Origin: Carpediemonas membranifera BICM
Lineage: Eukaryota; Protista; Fornicata
DNA: 64,000 bases
Direction of reading: 5' to 3'
Assembly: GCA_019828565.1 (NCBI GenBank)
Contig: JAHDYR010000040.1
Span: forward strand, 121,970 to 185,969
Shown: piece after piece, positions 24,531-36,186 of the stretch
Position numbering within the stretch: position 1 is the stretch's first letter
Layout: every line of letters starts with the position of its first letter
Program-made: the position numbers and the translations under genes
Notes under the pieces: model-generated
Database searches by the model: none
Told to the model about the DNA's origin: nothing
Seen by the model: only the letters and a program-made list of their open reading frames with translations

Positions 24531-24980
24531 TTATTCTCTCAATTCTTGGCTGGATGCAACAGATAGAGCTGGCTGAGAAGGTTCGCTGCGCTCTGCTTCC
24601 TCCAAAGACGCAAGGAACGAGATAACGCGAGAGTACCACTCGGGCTTCACTGGGATGGAGATAAAGCCGTGCGACACTTCTCTCCGCGGTGCAGGCTGAT
24701 AGTCAGAGGATGAGGGCGTCGAGTGCGGCTTCAGGAGACCGGCGGGAGGATTAGCGACAGTGGCATGTCCTCGCATGATCTCGAATGCCCATGCGGCAAT
24801 CATCCTTCCAGGGAGAGCCCGTGCAATCTCCGAGTTCTCCACCAACGTCCTCATTCCCTGTGTTATCGCGGAGTTATCAACATTACCATCCTCAGCTGTA
24901 GATAAAACATCTTTGAATGGGCATCCAGCCCTGTTGTGGTTCTTGCAGCTGCACAGGCTACACGTTACAGTTCTCACCAT
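24531..24980 (-). CDS. Accessory ORF with N-terminal CCHC zinc knuckle inside the DNA transposon
   Basis: CSLCSCKNHNRAGC is C-x2-C-x4-H-x4-C; lies between the TIRs, convergent on the transposase. Confidence 0.65.
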   Translation of the reverse strand: MVRTVTCSLCSCKNHNRAGCPFKDVLSTAEDGNVDNSAITQGMRTLVENSEIARALPGRMIAAWAFEIMRGHATVANPPAGLLKPHSTPSSSDYQPAPRREVSHGFISIPVKPEWYSRVISFLASLEEAERSEPSQPALSVASSQELRE

Positions 24981-25182
24981 CTGTCGTCAATCAAAAAGTT
25001 CCAGGCCTAATCAAAATGATGTTCATTTTTAGAGTAAAAGAGCAATAACGTTAATGTGATTTGCTCGGGGTGAACGGCCCGTGAGGGGAGATAAAGGCAA
25101 CAAGAAGTTGGTACGTTTAATGCCGCGGCAGTGCTGGGGGAGTGAATGTACACCATAAATGGAGTTACGTAATTCGCAAGTT

Positions 25183-25807
25183 GCAGTCGTTCCAAATTGC
25201 AGACCTGATGAATGTTCACGCTGTTGCCCAGGAATGCAAGAAAATGAAGGAATTTATCGAGAGCGTGACGAATGAAGCAGACTCGCTCAAGTACATACGA
25301 GACGTGAACCCCTTTGTGGCGCAATCAGTACGTCACCTTTGAACGAGGCTTATCCAAAAACAAGACGGCCCTGGTTACTGCAGTAAGGTCACTAATAGAT
25401 GTAGAGAATGCGCTACATGGCGAAGAGTTACCGGTGAATACGTTATCAGTCGTCGGGCAGGTTCGGCCGGCGCTGGCTCACGAGTCGATGCTCCAAAGCG
25501 CGGAGTGGGTTGGCGGTTTCACACAACTGCGCCTACTGAACGTTCCTGACACGTGTATGTTGTCCGGACGACCCATGGAAGATCCTGTGCGGTCTATGTT
25601 GTGTGGACACTACTTCGACAAGCCCGCCATCACGGCCTACCTCAATATTCAAGGAGGAGAAAGAGCGTCACTGATCCGCACTCGATGTGTACCGGTGTCC
25701 CGTGGACGGCTGCGACATGCTGCTTAACCGGCATGCATTCGAGCAGATCGTCCCCGTCGACCCCCGGCTCGCCCCGACCCAGGATAACTGAGCTGCGTGC
25801 CGTCTAA
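25183..25807 (+). CDS. Nse2/Mms21-like SP-RING (SUMO ligase) gene, exon structure unresolved
   Basis: CMLSGRPMEDPVRSMLCGHYFDKPAITAYL plus YRCPVDGC in the adjacent frame; 5' end abuts the LTR of element B. Confidence 0.6.
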
Positions 25808-25961
25808 ATTACACCGGGCGATACCCTTTACTGCATACTAGTCTATATCGTCGATGTCGATGCAGCTCCCTGGCCTCGAGCACGTCTCTTAACCGACTCA
25901 ACTGCGCGGGTCGAGAAAATTCACAGAACGCGCGCAATATTGACGGCATCGTTCAACCCTG

Positions 25962-27305
25962 ATGTTCAAGGGTTTTGGCAACATCTCTCTGCAAATGAGC
26001 TCAGTAACGGATAATGGGTCCACTGAGTCCTCCCCCACCGCGAAGAAGGAGGATCCCCGTCTCCTCCTCTTCTCAGAAGAGCAGAAACCGAAAGCATCCT
26101 TTGAAGACTTGTTTGGAAACATAGCAATCGTTAAGCCACGGCTAAAGCCCGAACAACCGCCCGAAGAGCCCAAGCCCGAGCCCAGGAAAGACGACGTTGC
26201 CCCTCCTGAAGCCTCCCACCGTGGCTTTGAGATGTTCAGCAGCAAGCAAGACGGTACCAAGATAGCGTCCAACGCTGAGGTCCAGAAGAAGGTCAAGGAA
26301 CGCCGCCCGGTGTCCAAGAAGGCCAGGTCCCCGAAGGAAACCAAGGAGACCAGCCCCAAGCCCGCTGCGGTCAAGAAAGAAGCATGCAAGGCCAAGTCAG
26401 AGCCCAAGAGCCCCAGCACACCGCCACCGCCAGCCGCCAAGCCTCTCGAGGAGTCGCCCCAAGCCCGGGCCCAGGGCTATGTCGACCGGCTCACAGACAA
26501 GGCCCCGGCCACCAAGAGAAAACAGGCGGGGGACAGCCGTACGCCAGTCAAGCGGGACTACGCGAAGCCCATGATGCAGCTGCAGGCGGTGGCGGGGGTG
26601 CCCTCTGATGATGCCATCGCGAGAGGCACTAAGCGTCTGACCGCGGCGGGTGGGGTTGAGTATGCCATAAGTTGCAAGGACAAGACAGTGACCGTGGTCG
26701 ACCCGACACGCGACACAGCCAAGTCAGAGATCTGGTCGATCGGGGAGCGCCAGGAGGCACAAGTGCTGTTTTTCAACAACTACGACGCCAGCTCATGCGC
26801 TGCCCTTGAGAAGTTCCTCGACATGACCCACGCCGACCACGCTGAGACGCCGACCGACTACGTGACCCCCTTCATTCCGCCCCAGGACGGTAGCGTCACC
26901 TTCCCCCATTACGACCCTCCATCAGTGAAGTGCATATGCTCGTGGGCCTTCCACTTTGAGCTCGGCAAGATGGTTTACTGCACAGTCTGCGGCCGGGCGT
27001 GCCACCGGGAGTGCTATGAGCTGAATGCCGAGTTTGACGACAGTAGCTTCCGCTGTGTTTACTGTGACCGCAGTCTGCTCAAGTCGGGCATTTACTCTCT
27101 CGGGTTCAAGAAATACGTGGAATGTAATATCCAGACAATCGGGGCCGAGGGCGAGACTGTGTCAGAATCCATGCACGACCTGCTTCCCCTGGGGCTGAGC
27201 AGGGAGCCCGAGACGAGCGTGGAAGCCATCATTGACTCATGTCAGCACCGCTGCGACGAGGAGCTCAAGATGTTCAACAAGTACATCGAAGAGGAAGAGG
27301 ATTGA
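25962..27305 (+). CDS. PHD-finger protein
   Basis: CIC...MVYCTVCGRACHRECY...FRCVYC (C4HC3); Lys/Pro-rich N-terminus. Confidence 0.85.
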   Translation: MFKGFGNISLQMSSVTDNGSTESSPTAKKEDPRLLLFSEEQKPKASFEDLFGNIAIVKPRLKPEQPPEEPKPEPRKDDVAPPEASHRGFEMFSSKQDGTKIASNAEVQKKVKERRPVSKKARSPKETKETSPKPAAVKKEACKAKSEPKSPSTPPPPAAKPLEESPQARAQGYVDRLTDKAPATKRKQAGDSRTPVKRDYAKPMMQLQAVAGVPSDDAIARGTKRLTAAGGVEYAISCKDKTVTVVDPTRDTAKSEIWSIGERQEAQVLFFNNYDASSCAALEKFLDMTHADHAETPTDYVTPFIPPQDGSVTFPHYDPPSVKCICSWAFHFELGKMVYCTVCGRACHRECYELNAEFDDSSFRCVYCDRSLLKSGIYSLGFKKYVECNIQTIGAEGETVSESMHDLLPLGLSREPETSVEAIIDSCQHRCDEELKMFNKYIEEEED

Positions 27306-27578
27306 TGTGACGTCGAGAGGATACGCGTTTTACCGTAATGCAACCCAGGCATGTATAAACGGCTATTATTAACCGAGATGGATGATGTCCTTCGACATCT
27401 GAGCGCATAAGACAGCCGGCTTCAGGTCGGCCCATTAGTGTCACCTGTGCATACGCTTGAACCTCCTGCTCTGAACTCGCGATCCAGAAGCGCTCAGCAC
27501 CGACCAGACGAGTCTAGAGCACCCGGCCTCAGCTCTAGGGTCGTCTTTTCCTCCACATTTTTTTTGCGAGCAGACGAT

Positions 27579-28166
27579 ATGTCCACGGAGGAACAGCTTG
27601 TGAAGGACAGCTTGGAGCTGAGAGCTAAGCAGGACATGCTTAGGGAGCATAACATGCGCCTGCTTCTCCTCCTCAAGGAGAAGGAGCAGAAGATCAGGAA
27701 GCAGCAGCTCGTTATTCGCAAATACCGCAGCCGCTTCGTCCGCTGGTTTGACGATATGCAGTATGATCCGATGGAGGAGATCCCCGATGCTGAGTTAGAG
27801 GATGTCGACGCCAACTACGTCAGCGAGGACGAGGGCAAGGAGCTCCCCCGCCCCACGGGCCAAATCAAGATCAACCTCACCCGCAAGGCCGTAGAATCCG
27901 ACCCACAGGCCCCAGCCCCCGAGGCTGTGAAGCGTCCCAAGGTTGAAGAGGTCCCTGAGCCCAAGACCATCCCTGTCCCGCCCAACTTCCAGCGTCACAG
28001 CGCCAACTGGACAGCAGCCGAGGAGCAGAAGATTGTAGAGACCATAGCCAAGGGTGGGTCACTGAACTACAATGACCTCAGAGCCCAGGGGGTGAGTCAC
28101 ACAGACGAGGAGATGCAGTTGCACATGGCCTTCCTGCAGGCGGCCAGTCAGGCCCAGGCAGTGTGA
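27579..28166 (+). CDS. Coiled-coil protein with Myb/SANT-like C-terminus
   Basis: NWTAAEEQKIVETI motif; N-terminal coiled coil. Confidence 0.6.
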   Translation: MSTEEQLVKDSLELRAKQDMLREHNMRLLLLLKEKEQKIRKQQLVIRKYRSRFVRWFDDMQYDPMEEIPDAELEDVDANYVSEDEGKELPRPTGQIKINLTRKAVESDPQAPAPEAVKRPKVEEVPEPKTIPVPPNFQRHSANWTAAEEQKIVETIAKGGSLNYNDLRAQGVSHTDEEMQLHMAFLQAASQAQAV

Positions 28167-28380
28167 GAGGAATCGGGTTGTTCCGTTATATTAAACCGCT
28201 GTCGGGTCGAGACTGTTTTATTATCGTTTGATGGGCTGAACGAAGGCGGGGTCACACCTCAGCGTTGCCGGACGCCACAGACACCATAGTATCTGCAGAC
28301 GGACTGTCACCGTGCATATTGACGCCATCTCACATGAGATCAGATGCAGTTTATGCTTCAGTGTGAGAAAGAGGGCAATC

Positions 28381-28873
28381 ATGTCGATGCAAAAGACGAA
28401 TATTGAGCACTCCTTGGATTATGATAGGCAAGACATCTACGTATACCCTGTTGACAACCTGGACTACGAAGTATTGTGTGTACGCCCCGCTTTCGCTAAC
28501 TTAGGGTCGAAATGAACAAATCCGAGAAGCACACTCACATGGCCATGTTCCGCTTCTTCAAGGAAGACAGTACTATTGGCTGCATCATCCGAGAGTTTGT
28601 TACAGCCCCCCTCTCTCACCCAGTCTTCTTCTCGAGAACCCGCACATCACGTTCGCCGGCTACCGTGTCCCGCATCCCCTCCAGCCCGAGCTGCAGGTGC
28701 AGGTACAGACTGATGGCTCGATCTCCCCCGAGGACGCCATGATCGAGGCGCTTGAAGACATGGCCCAGATGTTCAACGAGAACGTCGAGAGCCAGTTCGC
28801 CGCAGCATACGACCAAAAGATGGAGGACCTGCGGAAGTCTGCAGTGACACACGTTGGCGACGTAGACATGTAA
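28381..28873 (+). CDS. RPB11: RNA polymerase II subunit RPB11, two 29-nt introns (28476-28504, 28595-28623)
   Basis: EDSTIG...FAGYRVPHPL...VQT...SP motif; splicing both GT-AG introns gives a 144-aa open frame. Confidence 0.85.
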
Positions 28874-29063
28874 ACTTATCTTATCGGGGCACATGCGTCG
28901 ATAGTCAAATCTGGACAGTCCCTTGACGCCAGCAGGACAAGTGCCAGAAGTAATGCTACCCAGCGAGGCTGTCTGCTGCTCACTCGCCTGCCTGAACCAT
29001 GCTGGCAGGGTGCTTTGACCAGCGTTGAAACAGGGCACACAAATGACGAAAGGAGCACCACGC

Positions 29064-30714
29064 ATGCTGTTGTTCCTTCTCCTCGCTTTATTCGCTGTTG
29101 TGGGTGCGGAAGTAGTCCCTGGCTCTGTCATCATGCAGAGTGGATCCCTTGTATTCCAGAACAAGGAAGACGCGAAGGCTATTGCTTCCGGTTCGTTGAT
29201 ACCACTCAGTTTCTCACACAGGCAACTTTGAAGATGTTATGAACAGCACAGGATGGTCCTACCTCCACGTCACTACGAACGGCGATTACAAGGATGGCTA
29301 TCAAGCCATCGCTGCAGGCTACCTCGAGGGCTATCTCACCGCTGACCTTCTCGAGGCGCAGTGGCACAACTACCACGACCACTTCGTCGCGGACTTCACT
29401 GACAAGCAGGTTCCCGACGCTGTGATCACATTTTTCACAGACCACTACTCCTACATGGTTCAGCAGACCCAGATGAAGTCGTACAGCGACGACTACTGGT
29501 ACCAGGTCATGCTCAGACTCAAGGAGCTGCAGGGTATGACCGACGGCTACAATGCCGCGGGCAAGAAGACGCAGCTTTCCGTCATCGACATGCTCATGAT
29601 GACTTCCGAAGGTGACTGCTACGAGATCGTCCCCGCGGTCATGCAGGCCGCTGAGAAGGACACGCGCCTGTCCATCCCCGACTTCCAGGCCTTCGACATC
29701 GAGGCCGAGCGCCACTTCCACTTCCGGACGCACTGCAGCGCCCTGATCAAGCTCTCGGGTAACGAGGTCGCCGCAGGCCACACTACATGGACCCAGATGA
29801 GTGAGATGGTTCGTGTTTACAAGTCTTTTGAGTACAACTTCTCGACAGGCAAGGCAAAGTACTCGTTCTCCTCCAAGCCCGGCATGCTGTTCAGCAAGGA
29901 CGACTACTACACCGTCGAGACCCCCGCTGGCCACAAGATGGTGGTGATGGAGACCACCAACAGCATCATGAACACGACGCTGTACCAGTTCGTCAAGCCG
30001 CAGACGCTGCTGACCTGGATGAGAGTGCCGCTCGCCATCAGGATGGCCGCGACGCCCCAGCAGTGGTTCGAGGTGTTCGAGAAGGAGAACAGCGGCACGT
30101 ACTGCAACCAGTGGATGGTGCTGGACACTACGATGATCAACGCCGACGGGACCATGCAATCTGGGTCCTTCTTTGTCGGCGAGCAGATCCCAGGATACGT
30201 CCACTACGCTGATATGACGGCCGTGCTCAACGAGCAGGGCTACTGGCCGTCCTACAACATCCCGTACTTCAAGGACATCTACACCGTCAGTGGCTACCCC
30301 AACGCCGTCGCAAAGAAGGGCGACGGCTACTCGTACACCAAGTGCCCCCGCGCCCGCCTCTTCGCCGAGCACCAGGCGACTGCCACTGGTGCCCAGGGCG
30401 TCTTCGACCTCCTCCGCTACAACGACCCCACCGACCCCGTCCAGAACGGGTCCCCAGCCGCAGCCATCGCCTCTAGATACGACCTGCTGCCCCCTACTGA
30501 CCCCCTGCACGCGGCATTCGGTGCCATTGACGCGAAGACCACGGATTCCTCGCTGTTGAGGACCAAGAGCCTCGAGACGGCCTCGCTGATCCAGTCGGGC
30601 CCAACCCACAACAACGGCCGGCCTGCCTTCAGCTGGAGCGGGTACGTAGGGCAGACGTACACACACCTGGGCATGCCCGACGCATGGAACATGACTCAGG
30701 TGCAGAGCAAGTAA
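29064..30714 (+). CDS. Phospholipase B-like (Ntn-hydrolase) precursor, 31-nt intron 29191-29221
   Basis: Signal peptide; TGWSYL, AGYLEGYLT, HCSALIK, NSGTYCNQW, YWPSYNIPY and GAIDAK motifs. Confidence 0.92.
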
Positions 30715-31384
30715 AGTATAGTTATCGCCAGGAGGTTGACCGAGTAACTGACCTCCTTAGCTGCTGGGACAGTTCGAATGAGCTCCAGTGGATCCAGGAG
30801 AAGCCACAGCTGCTGGGAGTGACGGTATATGAATAGAGTTCGGGAGTTATGTCTGATCTAATCTGACTTCACGCGAGTGCGCGGAGTCGACTCGCCGAGT
30901 CGGCGAATCAAATCAATCAGAGCGGGAGTCGGTTTCGAGTCATCCCCCGAGAACCTGTCCGTTCTAGGGCCTCCTTTTCTTTTATGTCCCAGAATCCTCA
31001 GACATCGCAGTCCTTCATGTCCGTAATATCCTCCGCGGTGCTTGGCCGCTCTTCCGTGCGCGACGCCCGACTTACCATCGCCAATGGTGGCAAGGCCCCG
31101 ACAGCCATCAAATGGGAGGACGAGCGTACTCCCCTCTACGACGAGCCGCCCAGCTGTGACTCCCAGCAGCTGTGGTTGATGCTAGACACTCTCGAGCTAC
31201 TCCGCAAGGTCCCTGACGCCAAGGGGGTCTCCTATGTCGTTAACCTCCTTGCTAGCCGCATGCGCAGGTTCGATATCGATGGGTTTGCTCTGACGGTGGA
31301 GAACCTGAGGGAGCTCTGTGAAGAGGTCGGTGCAGCAGCTGGGCTCACCTCCGACTCTCTTCACGAGATCCCGAGGAAGTATTC

Positions 31385-34300
31385 TGTGGTGCAGCCAAGA
31401 AGAAGAGGAAGTGATTTAATAAGGAGTCAACCCTCGGTGGGAAAAAGGCCTAAACTAAAATATACCAATTAAACGCACTACACTGCCCCCATGATGCAGC
31501 TCAGCATCATCCTCAAATTGTGTCAGAAGGTACCAAAATCTTCGTCGATCGGTCGGGCATATGGTCTATGGTTCGAGGCCCCATGAACTCAACTTTTTGT
31601 TGCTCGACCCTAAAGTGCGAGACTCTAGGGCTGACTCGGCCATGAACGAACGTAAGAAGGGTCCCGGGGAGGGGAAAATGAAGCGTGTCCCAAGTGATGC
31701 TTATGTGTTGGACGATTCGCACGTCGAGTGCGGGCGTCCATGGTAGCCTTGTTGCGGAGATCTAGGTGCGCGTGACGGAACGCCATGAACACGGCTCCGC
31801 GCAATTCAGGCTGATAGCGCGGGGAACGCTTGAGCAAGATGCAATGGAGAGGCTTTTGCATCGAAGGAGCCACTAGGGGCGCTGCTTGTACGTGAATCCG
31901 CAGAAATCTGCAAAACTAAGTGCTTGCATGCCTGAAACGGGAGAACGGCTGCACCATGACAGGAACGGGGTTTGATAAAGCAATTGGGCGTACAGCGCTG
32001 CTCCTCACGCAGGAATATCCATCGTTCCAGGAAGATCACCTCTTAGTGTGCGAATTATGGAGTGATCAGCTGCGGCGATAGTAGGGCTTGCGTCTAGCTG
32101 CCTTGATCAGCGCGGTTGCTTCTGGGTGCTCGTCAAGGTAAATGTCGACGGCGGCCAGCTTGTCCAGGTCACGATTGAAAATCTCGTCAGTGGACTCGGC
32201 TTCTTCGTAACCCTGCCAGGAGATTCGTAAAACAAGTCGGCCCTGGTCGTCGAGACTGTGGCCGATGATCTTATCAACGATGTACTCGCCTGCCTGGGCG
32301 GCGGCGAGCTCGGCAATTTGGTTAGCGGTCAGTGTTCCAGGCAGGAACTTGCGCAGTCGTTCTTGATGGACGAAGAATGACTTGAGGGATGAGAGGTCCT
32401 GGATTTCGTAAACGTTAGGATCAGATCCTGCCCCCACGACAAGCAAGGGGCCGCGGACTGGTGCCTGGAGCTTAGGTACATGGCCAGTTGGCGTCAGGAG
32501 GACCCAATCGTTGGGCTTGAAGCTCTGAGCGCGGTCGTTGTTATCGTAGGCTTTGATGGACGCTAGCTTGGCTTGATGCCACTGTCTAAACAGTTTGACT
32601 TGCGACTGGAGAGATTGAAGTAGAGCATTCTCCGTCTTACTGAGTTCGGTGCCAGCGTCTGGTTGCAGCGGAATGCGAGTGTCACGGCCAAATAGGAGTT
32701 AGATAGGGGTGAGACCACTGAGGCTGTAGGCGGACTCGTTGATGATCCTCATCACATGATTAAGCAGTTGGGGCCAGCGGTCGGTTGCCATACGATTGTC
32801 GTGGAGAAGCGTTCTTAGATGCCGTACAATTTCGGCGTTAGCTCGCTCGACTATACCGTTACTGGCAGGGCGGTAGGGGGTGGAATAGTGGTGTGGAATA
32901 GAGTAGGCTGCGGTCAAGAGCGCTACCAACTCGTTGCGATATTGAGACCCGTTATCCGATTGGATCTCACGTGGGCGTCCGAAATGTGCCGACCAGTCAA
33001 TGAGAGCCTCGACAGCTGAGTCAGCGTTGGTCGTACGGGCGGGATACAGTTTTGTGAACTTAGTGAAGGTGTCGACCGCTACGATGATGTACTTAAACCC
33101 CTCAGGGCTGATTGGAAGGGGCCCGAGGGTGTCAAGCTGGACCACGCCGAAGGGCTCCGTGGCCGCCGTCCGATGGTGTTGGTAAGGGGGTGGGCGGTTG
33201 GACCTCTGAAGCTGGCATGTAGGACAGTGGGTAATGAATTCGCGTACGTCCTGTACCATGCCGCGCCAGCCGCTGTATTGATCGCGGATACGGCGAACCG
33301 TCTCCTTATAGCCTAGATGGCCCTCAGTGCCGCCATGTACAGAAGAAATGATCTCTTGGCGGTCTTCTACGGACAGAGTGAGCAGACGACTGAGTGTGTC
33401 GGCACATCCGTTGTCCTTGCCGGCCACGTGGAGGACCGTGAAGTCGTAAATATCAACGGCAAGGCGCCAGCGTCGGACTTTCGGATTCGTAGACGTCGCC
33501 ATCCACACAAGGTTCCTATGGTCCGTGTGCGCTGTAAAGTGCGATGCCATTAGGTACTTGGAGAACTTGTCAATGGCACTGACTAATGCGAACATCTCCT
33601 GTTCTATCGTCGACCAGCGGCGTTGAGTCGCAGAGAGGGTCTTCGAAAAGAATTGAACAGGGAGGAATGTAGTGTCCCTCTTAACCATCAGGACGCCTCC
33701 TATACCAATGTCAGAAGCATCAGTAAAGAGGTGAAGGTCGTCGCCTGGTCTAGGGTGTGTCAGAATCGTCCCCGAGGTGAGTTGGCGTCGTAGCTCATCG
33801 AATGCGGCCTGCTGCTCGCTATTCCAGGCAAAGGGAGTGTCGGCGCGGGTAAGGGCGATGATGGGCTCTGCAATATCTGCGAAGGTCGGTATTGTGGGCC
33901 GGAAATAGTTAACCATGCCGAGCAACGTGCGGACCTCGCTAATGTTCGTCGGGGCGCGCATGGAAAGGATGGGCTCCAGACGATCGGGTGAGATGGAGCG
34001 ACCAGTTGGAGTCACGTGCCACCCGAGATAGTCAATCTCGTGGGCGGCGAGGATCGTTTTCTTCAAGTTAACGCGGACGTTGGCGTCGTCGAGACGCTCG
34101 AGCACGCTGCGAAGGTTCTTGAGGAATTCAGAACGGGTCTTACCCATGACGACGATGTCGTCGATGTACACCAGGGCGGCCGTGAACAAGTCGGCGCCCA
34201 TTACCTTTCCAGGGCACGCTGCATGTGGATAGCGGCGTTGCGTAGGCCGAATGGCATCCTGCAATAGTGGTACTTGTGGTTGTCGGCGATAAAGGCGGTG

Positions 34301-36186
34301 TACTGCCGGGATTCCGGGTCCAGTGGGACCTGGAGGAAGGCCTTCGACAGGTCGAGTGTGGCGTAGTACGCCGAGCCTTCGAGCTGATCGAGTAGGTCCT
34401 CGATAAGCGGCAGGGGATGCTCGTCTGGCTCCGTTATGTCGTTAAGACGGCGGAAGTCCAGGCACAAGCGGATGCTGTTGTCGCGTTTGACTACAGCAAC
34501 GATGGGGCTGTTGTAGGGGCTATCAGATGACTCTATTATGCCTAAGTCGAGCTGCTGGCTTGTCTGCAGGCGTATTTCATCCCTGAACTGCCAGGGAATA
34601 GCGATAAGGAGGCGTGTTAGTCGTTTTCCCCTCAGTTAGACGAATCTTGAAGGCTTCCAGGGCCGAAGGCTCACTGGACAGCGGTTCAAAGACCCTATGA
34701 TGTTCTTCGACGATTTTGGTGACCTCCTCGCGGAGGGAAGGAATCTGAACGTTGAGTTCAAGCGGCTCCTCTTCAAGCAGATTAAATTCCACCTCACTGC
34801 CTTCGTCGGGTTCTTCCGCGACAATGTCTGACCCCACGTTAAAAGTGATCAGGCCCAGCTCGAGGGAGGAGGGTAGGCCGAATATGATGTCGTAAGGTAG
34901 GTGTCGCAGGACGAGGAACTGGTCAATGACCGAGAGTTTGTGGCCAGTTCTTGAGCGGCCAAGGCTCATCTCGATGGTGCAGATGGCCTCGACGTTGACT
35001 ACCTGTCCGCTTCCCACACGGACGCGGCCTGAGTAAGGTCGCATGGGCAGCCCTAGTGTCGTCACGAGTGCGTGAGACACGAAGTTCGCCGTGGCGCCAG
35101 AATCAATCAGTGCGCTGCTGTGTGATACCTGGTTATCGTGCGGGATCTCTACCTCGATCTCGGCAGAGGCAGAAGACTTCCGTCCCGCTCGATCAGTCGC
35201 CATAACGTGTAGACAATGCTCATACTTACCACTTTTACCCGCACGCTTCTTCGCGAAGCACTGTTCTGCGGAGTGGCCTGACTTATGGCAGTACGAGCAT
35301 GTCACTGTGTTCGTAGCCTTGCCCGGGGCGCGGCTGGTCTGGTGGTTAGCCGGGGGTGCGCGCGCCTCGTCGAGGTGTCGCGTCTCGCGCTGGGTCTGCT
35401 CAATGTGGCGCGACTGCTCGAGCGCCGCCTTGAACGCGGCTTGGAGGTCGTTGCGCGGAGCAATGGTGTTGACGCGATCACGGAGACGCTCCGGTTCAAG
35501 GCCGCCGATGAACTGCCTCACCAGGCGCTTAGTCGGAGGCTTGACATCAGCGCAGTTCTCCAGCTGACGTTGGTACTGGAAGACGTAGTTCAGGGCGTTT
35601 TGGTAAGTCGAACCACGCTTCTTGCAGGTAATGCGGGTGAAGGAGTCCAAGGCGTCTTGCTTATCAAGGGGCTGGAAGATGGCGTTAATGCGACAAATGA
35701 TAGCGACGCTTGCTTGGTCGTTCTCGAGGGCTGGGATTGGAACCGGGAGCTGCTCGGGAGCTTCATCTTCGTCGTCGTCGGAGTCATCGCTTGAGGAGTC
35801 GCTGTCGGTGCCGTCGTTGTTCGCGTCACCTTGGATAAGCAGCGGTACGTCATCACCGGCGGGTGCATCGTGATCGGGAACCTCGTACTCTTCGAGGGAA
35901 GGATCCCTCAGCTTGAGGACCTCCCATACGTCACGCGCGATGAGGAGACGAATGGCCAGGGAGCCACCGCGTGAGCGATACGCGTAATACTGCTCGCGAT
36001 GGTCCTGCCAGGCGTCGGCGGTCGGGAGCTTTAAATAGGGGGCTACGAAAAGGTCGGGAACTTGGAATTGCATGGATCCAGTAATTACTGTGGTGCAGCC
36101 AAGAAGAAGAGGAAGTGATTTAATAAGGAGTCAACCCTCGGTGGGAAAAAGGCCTAAACTAAAATATACCAATTAAACGCACTACA
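31385..36186 (-). mobile_element. Chromodomain Ty3/Gypsy element C, 98-bp identical LTRs
   Basis: LTRs 31385-31482 and 36089-36186; TSD TATTC; PPT GGGGGCAG; palindrome CAGTAATTACTG at 36079-36090. Confidence 0.96.
32066..36073 (-). pseudogene. gag-pol of element C with frameshifts (about 34580, 34210) and a stop (32699)
   Basis: CSYCHKSGHSAEQC, LIDSGA, MPFGLRNA, YIDD, TDAS, HGGTEGH...CPTC, chromodomain YIVDKIIGH...ISWQGY. Confidence 0.93.

Larger units (their letters stand above)
23522..25045 (+). mobile_element. IS630/Tc1-like DNA transposon (1524 bp) with imperfect TIRs and TA duplication
   Basis: Left TTGCTCTTTCAGCGTAAAAATGAAC; right (reverse complement) TTGCTCTTTTACTCTAAAAATGAAC; TA at 23520-23521 and 25046-25047. 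Confidence 0.93.
18395..25178 (-). mobile_element. Full-length chromodomain Ty3/Gypsy element B, 124-bp identical LTRs
   Basis: LTRs 18395-18518 and 25055-25178; TSD AGTT; PPT GAGAAAGGCAG; nested DNA transposon 23522-25045. Confidence 0.96.

Noticed and set aside
29206-30666. Long antisense ORFs such as the 486-aa frame opposite the phospholipase B-like gene
   Set aside because: Shadow frames caused by GC-rich codon usage of the real gene.
31561-31746. YR-like GSRPHEL motif antisense in element C
   Set aside because: Short frame with no HxxR or catalytic Tyr motif; could be chance.
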